Assembly (NCBI RefSeq): GCF_006345805.1
Contig: NC_043012.1
Location: 38,750,001-38,814,000 of the forward strand
Direction of reading: 5' to 3'
DNA from: Octopus sinensis
Lineage: Eukaryota
Length of the DNA stretch: 64,000 nucleotides
The number at the start of each line of letters is the position of its first letter. Positions within the stretch are counted from its first letter, which is position 1. A program made the translations under genes and the position numbers. Below are positions 15,123 to 29,310 of the stretch, piece by piece. The notes beneath the pieces are model-generated. The model was given only the letters and a program-made list of their open reading frames with translations. It did no database searches and had not been told where the DNA came from.

Positions 15123-15649
15123 CTTAAAGACCCGTCGTTGCCAGGTCATAGTGCTAGTGCATGTATATATGTGTATATATATGTGTACATATTACATGTA
15201 CATCTTATATATACATCTACACATAAAATGCAAAATACAAAGTTATATCTTGATATCGCTAGTGATAACAATACTCAAAAAATATAACAGACTGAAATTG
15301 TTAGCTCTTTTTTTTCTCTACATTGTATACTTTATAGACAGTAGTCTTTTCTTTAATTTAATTTTTTATTATCCATCTGGACTATTCCATTTCTGCACTC
15401 TAATTTTATTTTCAATTTATTCCCATTCATGTGAAACCACTTATTCAAGTTCAAATCATTGATGCAATTTTATACCAATTGCTATTTTTACTTTTGTATG
15501 TTACAATTATATTATACTTTAGTTTGATTTTAATTATTACTTACTACATATAATTCAATTGTTATTATTATTTTTATTGTTAAAGTGAAAGCATCTGACA
15601 TAAAATAGAGAAATATTTTTGTTTCACTTTTAACACGTAATACTGAAAT

Positions 15650-15970
15650 AGTGGAGAAGATATGATATTGCTATGGGCTCGCTCTAGTCAAGAAGTTGAA
15701 CATTTTTTTTTACCCATGAAACTATATAGACCCTAAGTAAGGCATGTGTAAAATTTGAATGAAATTGGTTGTGTAGTTCTCAAGTTTTAGGGAATCGGAG
15801 TGGAGAAGATATGATATTGCTGTGGGCTCACCCTAGGCAAAAAGTTAAACATTTTTGCGATAACACTCCCCGCATGTGTAAAATTTGAATGAAATTGGTT
15901 GTTTAGTTCTCAAGTTTTAGGGAAACACACAGACAGACACACATTCTCAGTTTTATATATATAAAGATAT
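15650..15970 (+). mobile_element. Helentron-like non-autonomous element 3' part with an internal ~150 bp tandem repeat
   Basis: GTGGAGAAGATATGATATTGCT..AAATTTGAATGAAATTGGTTG occurs twice; ends ACAGACAGACACAC..TTTTATATATATAAAGAT. Confidence 0.5.
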
Positions 15971-16018
15971 ATACATACACATATATATATATGTACATAT
16001 ATATATACATATGGATGG

Positions 16019-16392
16019 AAGCACTCCGTCGGTTACGACGACGAGGGTTCCGGTTGATCCGAATCAACGGAACAGCCTGCTTGTGAAATTAACGTGTAAG
16101 TGGCTGAGCGCTCCACAGGCACGTGTACTCTTAACGTAGTTCTCGGGGATATTCAGCGTGACACAGAGAGTGACAAGGCCGGCCCTTTGAAATACAGGTA
16201 CAACAGGAAGTAAGAGTGAGAGAAAGTTGTGGTGAAAGAGTACAGCAGGGATCACCCTCATCCCCTGCCGGGGCCTCGTGGAGCTTTAGGTGTTTTCGCT
16301 CAATAAACACTCACAACGCCCGGTCTGAGAATCGAAACCGCGATCCTATGACCGCGAGTCCGCTACCCTAACCACTGGGCCATTGCGCCTCC
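16019..16392 (-). mobile_element. Full-length tRNA-derived SINE (family 1)
   Basis: Minus strand starts GGAGGCGCAATGGCCCAGTGGTTAGGG (A box) with GGTTTCGATTC (B box), then a non-tRNA body; head repeated at 57260-57433. Confidence 0.85.
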
Positions 16393-16407
16393 ACATATAC
16401 ATATATG

Positions 16408-16458
<51 letters not shown>

Positions 16459-16519
16459 TATATATATATATATGTACATATATATATATATATACATAAA
16501 TATATACATATATATATAC

Positions 16520-16906
16520 ACTAGCAGTATCGCCCGGCGTTGCTCAGGTTTGTAAGGGAAATAACTATAAAGCATTTTTAGAGAGTTATAGCCAAAAAAT
16601 AGCAAAAAAATAGAAAAAAATGATGGTAAATTTTTTTTTGAGATTTAAAAAAGGTGGAGTTGCGTCCCCTAGACAGTTTATGGTTTGTGTTTCTGATTCT
16701 CGACCCCATGTCGAATTTATCGATTTTTTTCAGAACTGGGGGATCTTTTCAAAATTTTCGCTGCGTTAGTTTTGAATTATGACATTGGCTAAGTGGTGTG
16801 TCAAGTTTCATCAGAATCGGTTGAAAGCCGTGGTCAGGGTGAGGGTACAAGCAAACAGACACACAGAAACACGCACAGACAAACTGCCGTTTATATAGAG
16901 AGAGAT
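16520..16906 (+). mobile_element. Helentron/DINE-1-like non-autonomous element
   Basis: Starts ACTAGCAGTATCGCCCGGCGTTGCTC, ends ACAGACAAACTGCCGTTTATATAGAGAGAGAT, inserted in (TA)n. Confidence 0.6.
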
Positions 16907-16926
16907 AAATATATATATATATATTC

Positions 16927-16983
<57 letters not shown>

Positions 16984-17195
16984 ACATACATACATATATC
17001 GTACGCCCGTGTAAAATGCGTTTATTTTATATATATATACATGGATATAAATATATATATATATAACGTCTCAATACGCATCAACGCTTACATATGCATA
17101 AATGTACATATACATATATGTACATACACCCACCCACACATATGTATATGTACCCCATATATATATATATACTGATAGATACATACATATATCTG

Positions 17196-17277
<82 letters not shown>

Positions 17278-17278
17278 T

Positions 17279-17345
<67 letters not shown>

Positions 17346-18014
17346 TGGTAGATAGATGAATAAACAGACAGACAGGTGATGGATATATAGATGGATGATG
17401 TGTATATGTTGTTACATATGAATATTTTATAGAGTTACATATATAGAGATATATCTGCCTTATTTTTTAGCATCTACCCGATCACATATGTGTTGTGGTG
17501 CGGAATATAAAATTTAATTCCGTCTATCTGTCAGAAATATCAATTTCACCGAAATTAAATGTGCGATCTACCAAGTTATTTACCCCAAGCATGTAGTTTG
17601 GAAAATTCCTTGATAAATAACAGTTCAAATGATGCGTCTGTGACACACGCACACAACGCAAACACATATATAGCACACCCGCACACACGAACAACTAGAC
17701 ACACATACACTCACACCCAAACTAAAAATATACATACATATATACATCTATATCTATGTATATATATGTATATATGTGTGTATGTGCGTGTGCGTGTGAG
17801 CGGGTGTATATCTATATATACAAATAAACGCATCTATATTTATACACGCACACACACATATGCATGTATGTGTGTGAAAAGACATTTTTATAGATATATA
17901 TTTTACATATATCTATATAAATGACTCTCATGTCTATATTTTTATATATGTACATGCATGCATACATATATATGCATATATATATATATTTATATATATA
18001 TATATATATATACA

Positions 18015-18054
<40 letters not shown>

Positions 18055-18492
18055 CACAAACATATTTTTATATGTTTCTCTGTGCGCTCGCGCGTGTGTA
18101 CAAATACATGTATAGTGTCTCTGATGTTTTCTGCATATATGAAAGGTGTCGAAGCCGTTGTTGATGGCAAGATAAAGATCAGAAGGTTTGGTCATTTCCC
18201 TCCTCTGCTTTACCTCTCTCAGAAATAAAAGCGCGGTAGTTGATATCAGGCTTCTACAAAGTGAAACTACCATATATTTAATACTATTTGCCTGATTCCT
18301 AGAATGTCCCTAGGTTACGAACGTGCTGTTTGATAATGTGTGTTAGTTAAAAGTTTTGTGCTGAACTTGGAGAAAACTCGCTCGAGGCAAATTGACTCAA
18401 CGCTTAACTATGCTCTATCAGATAACGGTGATGCTAAAGTGAAACTCTTCATACACACATACACCTACATACATACATACAAACATAAAAAC

Positions 18493-18523
<31 letters not shown>

Positions 18524-18563
18524 CACAAATATATATATATATATACACACGTATATACAAATA

Positions 18564-18597
<34 letters not shown>

Positions 18598-18986
18598 CAT
18601 ACACATATATATATACATATATATATATACATATATATACACAGATATATATATATATACATATATATATATACATATATATATATACACATATATACAT
18701 ATATATGCATATATACATATATATATCCATAAATACATACATATGTATTATATATATGCATATATACGTTTGTTTATCTATATAGGCGTACCTGCATACA
18801 CCCATGTATACTCCTATATATTAAACACACCCATACACCCATACGCACACGCACATACATATATATAGTCATACTTATGTATACAAATATGAAAAGAGGT
18901 AATCTTCAATTGAGAGACTATGTTTAGACACTGAAGGACTATTAAAGCCAGGAATTGGGTTTTGTTGTTGCACTACAAACATATAA

Positions 18987-19060
<74 letters not shown>

Positions 19061-19112
19061 GTGTGGTGTGTGTGTGTGTGTGTGTGTTTGTGTGTGTGTG
19101 TTTGTGCGTGTG

Positions 19113-19146
<34 letters not shown>

Positions 19147-19899
19147 CAAATATATCGTATGAATCAATAATGGACGTTAAATGGAGTATATTGACTCTGC
19201 TTAATCCAGGGAGGTATGTCACTTGAAGTCCCTTTTCAAAGGCGGTATTGATTTAGCAGCCGATTGATTGATTGATTGAATAGTTTTGTTTAGCCCTTGG
19301 CCATACGTGATTGAGATGACCTACGATAATACGCATTCCATCCGTGATCATCACGCTCTTCGCGCAGCCTGTTGGTCAATAATAGCCATCCTGTATGTTC
19401 CTTATCACTTCACGCTCTTTTCCTCGTCGTTTTTACTGCTGTTTTTGTCTTTGTTGCTGTTTAATCTTATTCTGTGTTTGTATGATTACAGTATCGAATG
19501 ACCATTCCAATTAGGATATATTTAGCAGTAATGTCCAGTTGTTTGAAGGAACACATAGACAACGTAATTGTCGTTTGCTTTATAAATTGAGCATCTCTGA
19601 ATGTATATCGTAGGCTGTATTGGTTAGACTGTACAAACCATGGCCCGCCCAGGAGTTGCATAGGACGAACGTTCCATCTCCCTGTGAACTGCATGTTAGC
19701 CTCTTCCCTTAGTTGCTTATTCCCATCGATATTATTTCTTCATAAACGAACAAAATGGGACCTTAATAAAATAACTGGTCACAATTTAAGATTACTGATG
19801 TTTGAATCCCATATGATAGTAAAATAGAGAAGAAAGACACTGAGAAAATGGCGAAATGTCAAGACGTAACCAGGGAGATTAAATGATTGTGGAACGCTA

Positions 19900-20330
19900 G
19901 TTTTTTTTTATTATTCATGTGATAAGTGTTGCACTCACCACAGCATCCAAAGTGCGACCAAGGGTGTGAAGGATATGGGAATTGTGACTCGTATTGTCGT
20001 CCAGCGGAACAGCGCAATGCAGTATTCTTGCGAAGTGAGAAGACATGCTCTGAAGTGAAATGCGAAGGTTGTGGTCAATGAGGAGAGTAGGCATGATACA
20101 AATAGTAATTTGTGTACCTGGAAGCATCAGCACTCAGCTACCAACATGGCTTAAAAAAGATCGGTGCAAGTGTGAATGTAGAAGACCTACAAAAATCTGC
20201 TTGCTTGGAACTGCAAGAACTCCTCACAGGATTCTTGAAGCACGACCAGTAAACACGTGTCACTTATGTCTGTTGGCTGTGGGCGGTAGACACTTTCCAT
20301 CATACCCAGCAAAATAAGCTGTGAGATTCC
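19900..20330 (+). mobile_element. 5'-truncated, degenerate Dong-like LINE 3' end, family F
   Basis: RLWSMRRV..IVI..PGSISTQLPTWLKKIGASVNVEDLQKSA.LGTAR matches the RLE C-terminus; followed by an (AAC/AAT)n tail. Confidence 0.75.
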
Positions 20331-20402
20331 ATATAACAATAATAACACCACCTCCAACAACAACAAGAAGAACACAAACAACAACAACAATAATAATAAT
20401 AA

Positions 20403-20953
20403 ATGTGCTGATGCAGTACCAGGCAGTGGCTCTCATGGGTTGTCATCTTAACTGATTGGAAGTTTTATCATGTACGTTGTTTAGTCTTGCTATAAAAGAT
20501 AGGCTACAAGAAATATTTTGCTCCATGCCACAGATTTGCTTGTCACTTGTTTGACCTTAACCAGTTGAACATATCCCTTAGTGGCTGAGGACATGTGCAT
20601 CTCTGATCACGAGCGTAAGTAGTGAGGGAGCATCATTGCCATGAGAGGAATTCTTTGGGGTTTGGATAATTCACCTCTGGAAACATGGGTGTTTCGATCA
20701 ACATCTTTAAACAACCCTTATTCAGGAACTTTTTGTGAGGGATGGGCTACTCGACCTGAAGAAAATTCTAACTGGGCCCCACCTGTGAGGTCATGCACTG
20801 TTTATCTTGATATGAGATTGTCATGTCGCGCACATGTAGTTGTGGTGCATGTGCCTAGTATACCCTTATGAGAGGGGTAGTCCTGATGGATATACTGGGC
20901 TTCGTATATTTTACCCCAGTGTCACTTTGATGGCACACACTGCTCTCTCACTC
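20403..20953 (+). mobile_element. ~555 bp (TAA)n-embedded element, copy 3
   Basis: Same termini as copy 1; sits in the tail of the family F LINE. Confidence 0.85.
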
Positions 20954-20974
20954 AATGAAACTTATCACTATTAG

Positions 20975-21135
20975 AGAAAGGAGGAGGAAGAGGCAGAGAA
21001 AAAGAAGAAGAAGGAGGAGGAGGGGAGAAGAAGAAGAAGAAGAAGAGGAGGAGGAAGAAGAAGAAGAAGAAGAAGAAGAAGAAGAAGAAGAAGAAGAAGA
21101 AGAAGAAGAAGAAGAAGAAGAAGAAGAAGAAGAAA
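20975..21135 (+). repeat. (GAA/GAG)n microsatellite
   Basis: Seen directly. Confidence 0.95.
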
Positions 21136-22429
21136 TAATTCTTTTTAACCTTTTTTGGCACAAGGTCCGATTTTATTAGGCTAATGAAAACCGATTAGAC
21201 TAATCCCGGAGCGTTTATCCACCACGCAACAATGAAAAATGAATTTCATCATTAATAATAATGCTAATAATAACAATAATGTTGATAATATAGTAAATCA
21301 GTTGTAAATATATTGTGTTGTTACATTATTGTGGGTTTTTATTTTAGGATTGATGGCAGGACAGATGTCTGAAAGCGATGCAATAATTGGAACATTCATA
21401 TAAAGAAAAGTTTATTTATAACACATATTTGAAAACCATGAACTGAATGTTGGGGGTTTGTTTTAGTTGCGATGGTGTTTTTGTTGTTTCCCTCAAGTTA
21501 ATCACAGAGCAAAAAAAAAAAAAAAAAAAACAAAAACAAAATATGGAAAGCAAAAAATGGAAAACAGAATCCAAGATCAAAAGCAGCGCCCGCGCATGAC
21601 CACAGCTGAATGACTGACTAAAACCTTTCAAGGCATTTCACCAGCGACCCTCCCTAGTTCTAATCAGATTTTGGCTATCTAGCATTTCTGTAATGAATAC
21701 GTTATTTTTGTTATTTAATCTCAGATCAGCCCTGATCAAGTTGATTTACAATTAGCCCCAAATATGATATTTCATAGACCGATGTGGCTCTCGACATGGT
21801 CCTATTATTTGCTCAGGTATTTATTTCAGCGATGACATTCTTAAACTTCCTCTAACATAAATCATTATGATTTTAGGATAAGGAATAGAGAACATTTTAT
21901 TTTCATTTTAATTTTCATAGACGTCGTTTCATTTATATTTAAATATTTTGCTTTAATTAGAACCTGATCAGAGTGAGTGGATTTTTCACTTGTACATAAT
22001 TATATTTTATCTACATTTCTAAATTGCATTTTTACCTTTAATAAATTGGATCTGAAGTTAAAAGTATTGGATGTGTAAAAACAAAGACATTCAAGTGTAA
22101 ACGAAATTGAATTTAAAAGACGACAAAAAATGCATATATTATTATACAGCTGCAAAGCCTCAAATACTAACGAGCTTCCGCCTGGTTTAAAAATAAATCA
22201 TAATTTAAACATAAAGAAATCAGCTCATTTCTTCTTTATTTTTTTTTTCTTGACGACACATAACCTGTGCAATTCAAAAGATTTAAATTGGCAACAACAA
22301 TAGCAATCCTTTGTATTCTTGATAAAAATCTGAAATTTTCGGTGAAGAGGTAAGTCAGTTTCCTATATATTCTATGGATCCCGAGAACCTGAATGCGAAA
22401 GTCGACCTTGTGCATATAGCAGAAACTAT

Positions 22430-22595
22430 AATATTTCGTCTGTCTTTACGTTCTGAGTTCAAATTCCGCCTAGGTCGACTTTGCCTTTTATCCTTTCGGG
22501 GTCCATAAGATAAGTAGCACTTGCATAATACGGCTGATCTAATCGACTGGGCCCCTCCCCAAAAATTTCGGACCTTGTACCGAAAGTAGAAAATA
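22430..22595 (+). mobile_element. tRNA-derived SINE (family 2), 5'-incomplete
   Basis: GAGTTCAAATTCC B box, then GTCGACTTTGCCTTTTATCCTTTCGGGGTC..CCCCTCCCCAAAA. Confidence 0.75.
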
Positions 22596-22706
22596 ATAAT
22601 AGTAATAATAATAATAATAACAACAACAACTACAATGATAATAATAATAATAATAATATAATAATAATAATAACAATAATAATAATGATAATAATAATGA
22701 TAATAA

Positions 22707-23262
22707 ATGCCCTGATGCAGTACCAGGCAATGGCTCTCATGGCTTTTGATCTTAACTGATTGGAAGTGTTATCATGTACATTGTTTTGTCTTGGTATAAA
22801 AGATGGGCTACAGCAAATATTCTGCTCAATACCACAGATTTGTTTGTCAGTTGTTTGACCTTAACCAGTTGAGCATGTCCCTTAGTGGCTGACGATATGT
22901 GCATCTCTGATCACGAGCAGAAGTAGTGGGGGAGCATCATAGCCATGTGTTGAGAAGGATTCTTTGGGGTTTGAATAATTCACCTCTGGAAACATGGATG
23001 TTTCGTTCAACGTCCTTAAACAACCCTTATTCAGGGACCTTTTGAGCGGGATGGGTTACTCGATCTGAAGAAAATTCTAACTGGGCTCCACCTGCAAGGT
23101 CATGTGCTGTTTATCTTGATATGAGATCACCATGTCGCGCACATATGGTTGTGATGCATGTGCCTGGTGTACCCTTATCAGACGTGTAGTCATGATGGGT
23201 ATACTGGGCTTCGTATATTTTACCCCAGTGTCACTTTGATGGCATGCTCTGTTCGCTCACTC
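22707..23262 (+). mobile_element. ~555 bp (TAA)n-embedded element, copy 4
   Basis: Close to consensus, AAT arrays on both sides. Confidence 0.9.
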
Positions 23263-23417
23263 AATAATAATGATAATAATAATGAGAAACGGAAGAAAAC
23301 TTTAAGAAAGAAGGAAAAACATAATAATAATAATAATAATAATATAATAATAATATAATAATAATAATAATAACAATAATATAATAATAATAATAATAAT
23401 ATAATAATAATAATAAC

Positions 23418-23470
<53 letters not shown>

Positions 23471-23496
23471 TAATAATAATAATAATAATAATAATA

Positions 23497-26400
23497 GGTG
23501 AACACCGGGGACGTTTAAGATGTAAGAACGATAAAACAGACCTCCGAAATCTATCCACAAACATCGAAAACAAGGACATCGTATGGAGCCAAAGATTTAC
23601 TAACAAAGGATTGGACTATATCCGAGTAAGTAATACTAATTGAAATTTATTACTATTTTCGAAACGAAATGATGTATTTTGACTCGATATCATCTCCACC
23701 TCTAACACAACACAACATGTAACTATGCTTGATACATTACGATTCATCAACACCAGATCATCTCCGGCCCCAAACACCATGTACAAAGGAACTACGAAAT
23801 TAAATACCACCGATATTATTCAACCCAAGAATAACAATCGGGAAGTACGTACTTTAAACTTACAACACAAAATGTACGAAAAACTACACGTGCGAAATAA
23901 TGTGACAACAGAAATGAACGGACCGGTACCCTACGAAAATGACGACCGTCAAAATAATGGGCCGGACGTTGTTCCTCATGTCCCGCAAATAAAACCCAAA
24001 AGACATAAATGGACACGTGAGGAATACATTTCTATCCTACACGCATACTTCACAGCGTGCTCTACCCAAGAAATGAAAATACAGCAACACATACATATAA
24101 AATATGGAAGGAAAATAACATAAATATAGACTTGGATACAGCAATGAACCCTAATAAACTAGCTAACGTACGAAGATACATTCTCAACGCAAAAAAAAAT
24201 ATCAGAAATAGAAATATATCATCTAAAAGAAAAAATACACCAGAAAAATGTAGATAGAAGCCACACAACAATGCCCAATAATATAAACACTGAAACAGTA
24301 AAACACGAAGACAAACGTAACATTCCCAACAAACACGATGTAAACAAAAAACAACGAAACCAGACCGTAAGGATGCATAATAATACACGACAAACAGCAA
24401 GCCAAAACACGACAAACAAACATATAAATAAGAAAGAAAGCGTCACAAATCTAAAACCTGGAAACAACGAAGGGGAGCCTAATGATTATGATGATATAAA
24501 AAGTAAAATAATCAAAGAACTGAAAACCACAGAGCTCAAAATTTTGACCATACCTCCCAAAAATCAAAATAGACGAAACAACAACACCAATTATAAACAG
24601 CATAAACCTAGCCGTCACGGAACTAATTGCCACTGAAACAAAAAGCGATATCACTGAGCTAAATGACTTAGTATACGCAGCAGCTACTGCAGCCACAAAA
24701 GAAGCTGGATACTCACTCAAACCATCCAAACAGGAGTACCACCACCCAAATAAACCCTGTGGATAAATAACATCCAAAACAAAATAAAAAAAATTAGAAA
24801 AGATCTGTCGATTCTTAATGAAATCAGTAGACAATCAACGCTACTGAGCAACAAAAAGAAAACAAAAATACTCCGCAAATATAACATCACAGAAAAAGAT
24901 TTACCCGAGATAAGAGAAAAGGCTGAAGCAAGATATCATTGCCAAAGCACAAAGGATCCGCCGGTACGAGAAACGCCAGCGCTGCTTTGAACAAAACAAA
25001 ATGTTCAACTCCAACCCCAAAAAGTTCTACCAAGAACTTGGCAAAAATAAAATAGAAATCACTGCAGCACCAACGGCAGAAGAAGTGGAAGGATTCTGGA
25101 GAGAAATATGGTCGGCGAACGAACAACCAAAAAAAATAACAACTCGTCATCTGAACAACTTTGGACCCCCATAACAACTGAAGAGATCACCCAGGCACTG
25201 TAAAGACTAAGCAACTGGAAGGCACCTGGGCATGACAAGATCCCCAACTTCTGGTTGAAATATCTAACAAGAATGCACAAAAAGCTGACTGAAAACTTTA
25301 ACAACATACTAGCAGAGCCAGAGACAATGCCTGAATGGCTCACGAAGGGGAAAACCATCTTAATTCCCAAATCAAATGAGACAGCAAAACCAGAAAACTA
25401 CAGACCATTAACCTGTCTCCCTACAATGTACAAGGCATTTACTGCAGTGATATCGCAAAGGTTGAACGAGCACCTGGACGAAAACAAACTGTTCCCAGAA
25501 GAGCAGAAAGGATGCCGCAAAGGCTCATATGGCTGTAAAGATCAACTAATGGTTAATAAAGCCATAACTGAAGATATCCACAGAAAGAAGAAAGGCCTTA
25601 GTATGGCCTGGATCGACTACAAAAAGGCGTTTGATAGCATCCCCAACACATGGATCCTCGAAACACTAGCCATTAACAAAGTAGCACCAACAATCATAAA
25701 ATTCATAGGGCACTCTATGAATAAATGGCAAACAGTGCTACAGCTCCAAACAAAAGAGGGACTCATGAAAACCAAGCTATCCCAATTAGAAGAGGAATAT
25801 TCCAGGGAGACACACTCTCTCCACTCCTTTTCTGCTTGGCACTGTCACATCTATCTGATATGCTAAATAGAACTGGACGCGGATATAAATGTTACGGCAA
25901 AACGATCAGCCACCTTTTATACATGGATGACCTAAAACTATACGCTGCAAATGACAAACAGCTGGAAACACTATTAAAGACAGTTCATGGATTTACCAAA
26001 GAAATAGATATGAAATTTGGATTAGAAAAATGCGCCAAAGTAACCCTTAAAAGAGGAAAACTAGTTAAGAGTAGCAACATCACACTAGATAAAACCAATG
26101 AAATAAAAGAATTAGACCAAAGCCAAACTTACAAATACTTAGGAATCCATGAACTAGATAAGACACAACACACACAAATGAAAGAGAAAATAAAAAAAGA
26201 ATATTATAGACGAGTTAAATCAATACTAAAAACAGAGCTCAATGCTAAAAACAAGATAATAGGTACTAACACTTTAGCTGTTCCAGTTATCAGTTACAGC
26301 TACAATATTCTTAATTGGACACTAAATGAACTGACCAAAATAGATAAGAAAACAAGAAAAATAATGACAGGATCTAGGATGCATCACCCAAAATCTGACA

Positions 26401-27584
26401 TAGAAAGACTATATATACAACGTATAGAAGGTCGTAGAGGCCTTATACAGCTGGAAAACTACTATAAAATAATCACCATAGGACTGCATAATTATCTACT
26501 TCAGAAGGAAGGAAAACTGATCCAGATAGCGGCAAAACACGAGCAAAGCAAAAAACTGTTCTCAGTATTTAAGGAAGCTGACAAATACAAACAAGAAATC
26601 ATACCGCCTAATAAATATGAAGAAGAAGAAGAAGAAGAAGAAGATGAAGAAACAACAAAAGCTATAAAACAAATGAAATCCAAACTAAAAATAGAACAGC
26701 AACGAACCATGATAAAACGATGGCAAGAAAAGCCCCTTCATGGTAGATACTGGACTAAACTAAACGCAAAAGAAATAGACAAAGAAAAATCCCAGCAATG
26801 GTTGAGAAGCTCAAGACTCAAAGCAGAGATAGAAGGATTTTTAATTGCAGCACAAGACCAAAGCCTCCCCACCAGAAATTACCAAAAACATGTAATGAAA
26901 AGAAATATAACAAGTAACTGCAGAATATGTGGAGATGGACAAGAAACAATAAATCATATTATCTCTGGCTGCCCAGTCCTGGCTAAGAAGGAATATATTC
27001 ACAGACATGACAGAGTTGGAACCTACATACACTGGAAGCTATGCCAACATTATGGAATAACAACAGAAAAAAGATGGTATAGGCACACACCAGAAAAGGT
27101 CACAGAAAACGAGAAAGCAACCATACTCTGGGATATGCCGATACACACAGATAGAGAAATTAAGGCCAACAGACCAGATATAGTTGTCAGAGATCATGAA
27201 GAAAAAAATGCTTTCTAATTGATGTATCAATACCAGCAGATGAAAACGTGTCTCTAAAAGAAATGGAGAAACTTTCAAAATACAAAGACCTGGAAATAGA
27301 GGTAACCAGAATGTGGAATCTAAAAACAGAAACAATTCCTATCATAATAGGTGCATTAGGCATGATAATAAAATATTCAGACAAATACATAACAAAAAGA
27401 CCAGGACTTACAAACACATATAACATACAGAAAATTGCACTACTAGGCACTGCACACATCCTACGCAGAACACTTTCCATACAATAACCATCAGAGCATC
27501 ACAACAAATCACAGCACATACCCAAGGTACACAGAGCTGCGCTCGGTAGTGAAGTGAAAGCACGCTATAAAAATAAAACTACTG
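23497..27584 (+). mobile_element. Near-full-length (~4.1 kb) R4/Dong-like RLE non-LTR retrotransposon, family A, frameshifted
   Basis: Single broken ORF from about 23725: N-terminal KRHKWTREE, RT motifs (PEEQKGC, WIDYKKAFDS, GIFQGDTLSP, YMDD), CCHC knuckle CRIC..ETINHIISGC, RHD, and PD..D endonuclease (RPDIVVRD..FLIDVS); flanked by (AAT)n on both sides. Confidence 0.95.
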
Positions 27585-27594
27585 AATAATAATA

Positions 27595-27641
<47 letters not shown>

Positions 27642-27672
27642 TAACAACAACAACAACAACAACAACAACATC

Positions 27673-27706
<34 letters not shown>

Positions 27707-27709
<3 letters not shown>

Positions 27710-28262
27710 TCCTGATGCAGTACAAGACAGAGGCTCTCGTGGCTTCTGATCTTAACTGATTGGAAGTGTTATCATGTACATTGTTTTGTCTTGGTATAAA
27801 ATGATGGGCTACAGCAAATATTCTGCTCAATACCACAGATTTGCTTGTCACTTGTTTGACCATAACCAGTTGAGCATGTCCCTTAGGTGCTGACGATATG
27901 TGCATCTCTGATCATGAGCTGAAGTAATGGGGGAGCATCATAGCCGTGTCTTCAAAGGAATTCTTGGAGGTTTGAATAATTCACTTTGGAAACATGGGTG
28001 ATTCGTTCAACATCCTTAAACAATCCTTATTCAGGGACCTTTTGTGCGGAGTGGGCTACTCGACCAGAAGAAAATTCTAACTGGGCCCCACCTGCAAGGT
28101 CATGTGCTGTTTATCTTGATATGAGATCACAATGTCGCGCACATGTTGATATGATGCACGTGCCTAGTGTAACCTTATCAGACGTGTAGTAATGATGAGT
28201 GTACTGGGCTTTGTATAATTTACCCCAGGGTCACTTTGATGGCATGCGCTGCTCTCTCACTC
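27707..28262 (+). mobile_element. ~555 bp (TAA)n-embedded element, copy 5
   Basis: Same termini; sits in the tail of the full-length Dong element. Confidence 0.85.
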
Positions 28263-28323
<61 letters not shown>

Positions 28324-28346
28324 TTGTTGTTGTTATTATTATTGTT

Positions 28347-28505
28347 GAGTGAGTGAATAATGCATGCCTTCAAAATGACACGGGTAATTTATACGAAGCC
28401 CAGTACACCCATCCTGACTACCAGGCACATGCATCACAACCATATGCGTCCGACATGGTGACCTTAAATCAAGATAAACAGCGCATGAACTTGCAGGTGG
28501 AGCCC
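28347..28505 (-). mobile_element. Inverted partial copy (terminal ~160 bp) of the 555 bp element
   Basis: GAGTGAGTGAATAATGCATGCC..GCAGGTGGAGCCC is the reverse complement of about 28083-28262; flanked by (GTT/ATT)n. Confidence 0.85.
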
Positions 28506-29109
28506 GTTGTTGTTGCTGTTGTTGTTGCTGTTGTTCTTGTTGTTGTTGCTTTTGTTGTTGTTGTCGCTGTGGTCGTCATTGTTTTTGTTGTTGCTGTCTC
28601 TTTTGTTGATTAATCGTATCACGACAAAAGCTGTGAAATTGAATCCTGTCTCTTTCCACTTAAGCAAAATATTCCTATTAATTGATAGTAAAATGAATCT
28701 ATTAAGATTTTCAAGATACGAAATAGTTTTAAGTTACATGTAACTGCATTTATTTGACCTTCGACTTTGCAACATCTGTTATTATTACTATGGAAAACAA
28801 GATTGAAATCGGAGACTCTATCAGAAAATTTTACCACTTTTACCATGGATCACTGAAAGGATTGCTCAAAGTTTAAAGATGTCCAAATACAAATAATCCA
28901 ATTTCTTAATGTGATTTGATAGGAAAGAAAGAAAGAAATACAGGAAGAAAGGAAGATGTCGCCCCCTTTGTTCTATGCGATAACCGGTCCCGTTCAGAAT
29001 AACGACACATGTGAATGCAGGGCCTGGATAGTTTCATATAAATATTAAAGTTTATTCCATTTAATGAACCTGATTAAATAAAAATAATGAGATTTTACAA
29101 TAATATTGC

Positions 29110-29310
29110 TTTCCAATTTTGGAACAAGCTCAAGGGAGGAGACAACGATTAAATTAAACCCACTGCTCGACCCCTACTTATTCTGTCGGCCCCGAAAAGA
29201 CAAAAGGCAAAGTTGACTTCGGTGAAATTTGAAATCAGATCGTAAAGACAGATGAAAGGCTACTAAGCATATTGGCCTTCGTGCTAACAATTCTGAAAGT
29301 TTGCCGCTTT
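29110..29310 (-). mobile_element. tRNA-derived SINE (family 2)
   Basis: CCCCGAAAAGACAAAAGGCAAAGTTGAC..TTTGAAATCAG..GCTAACAATTCTG match to family consensus. Confidence 0.7.

Noticed and set aside
16340-16392. tRNA gene (also 57380-57433, 31308-31370)
   Set aside because: A/B boxes present but no complete cloverleaf, and followed by a SINE body
22290-22355. Plus-strand GAG|GTAAGT donor at about 22350
   Set aside because: No convincing acceptor or recognisable peptide
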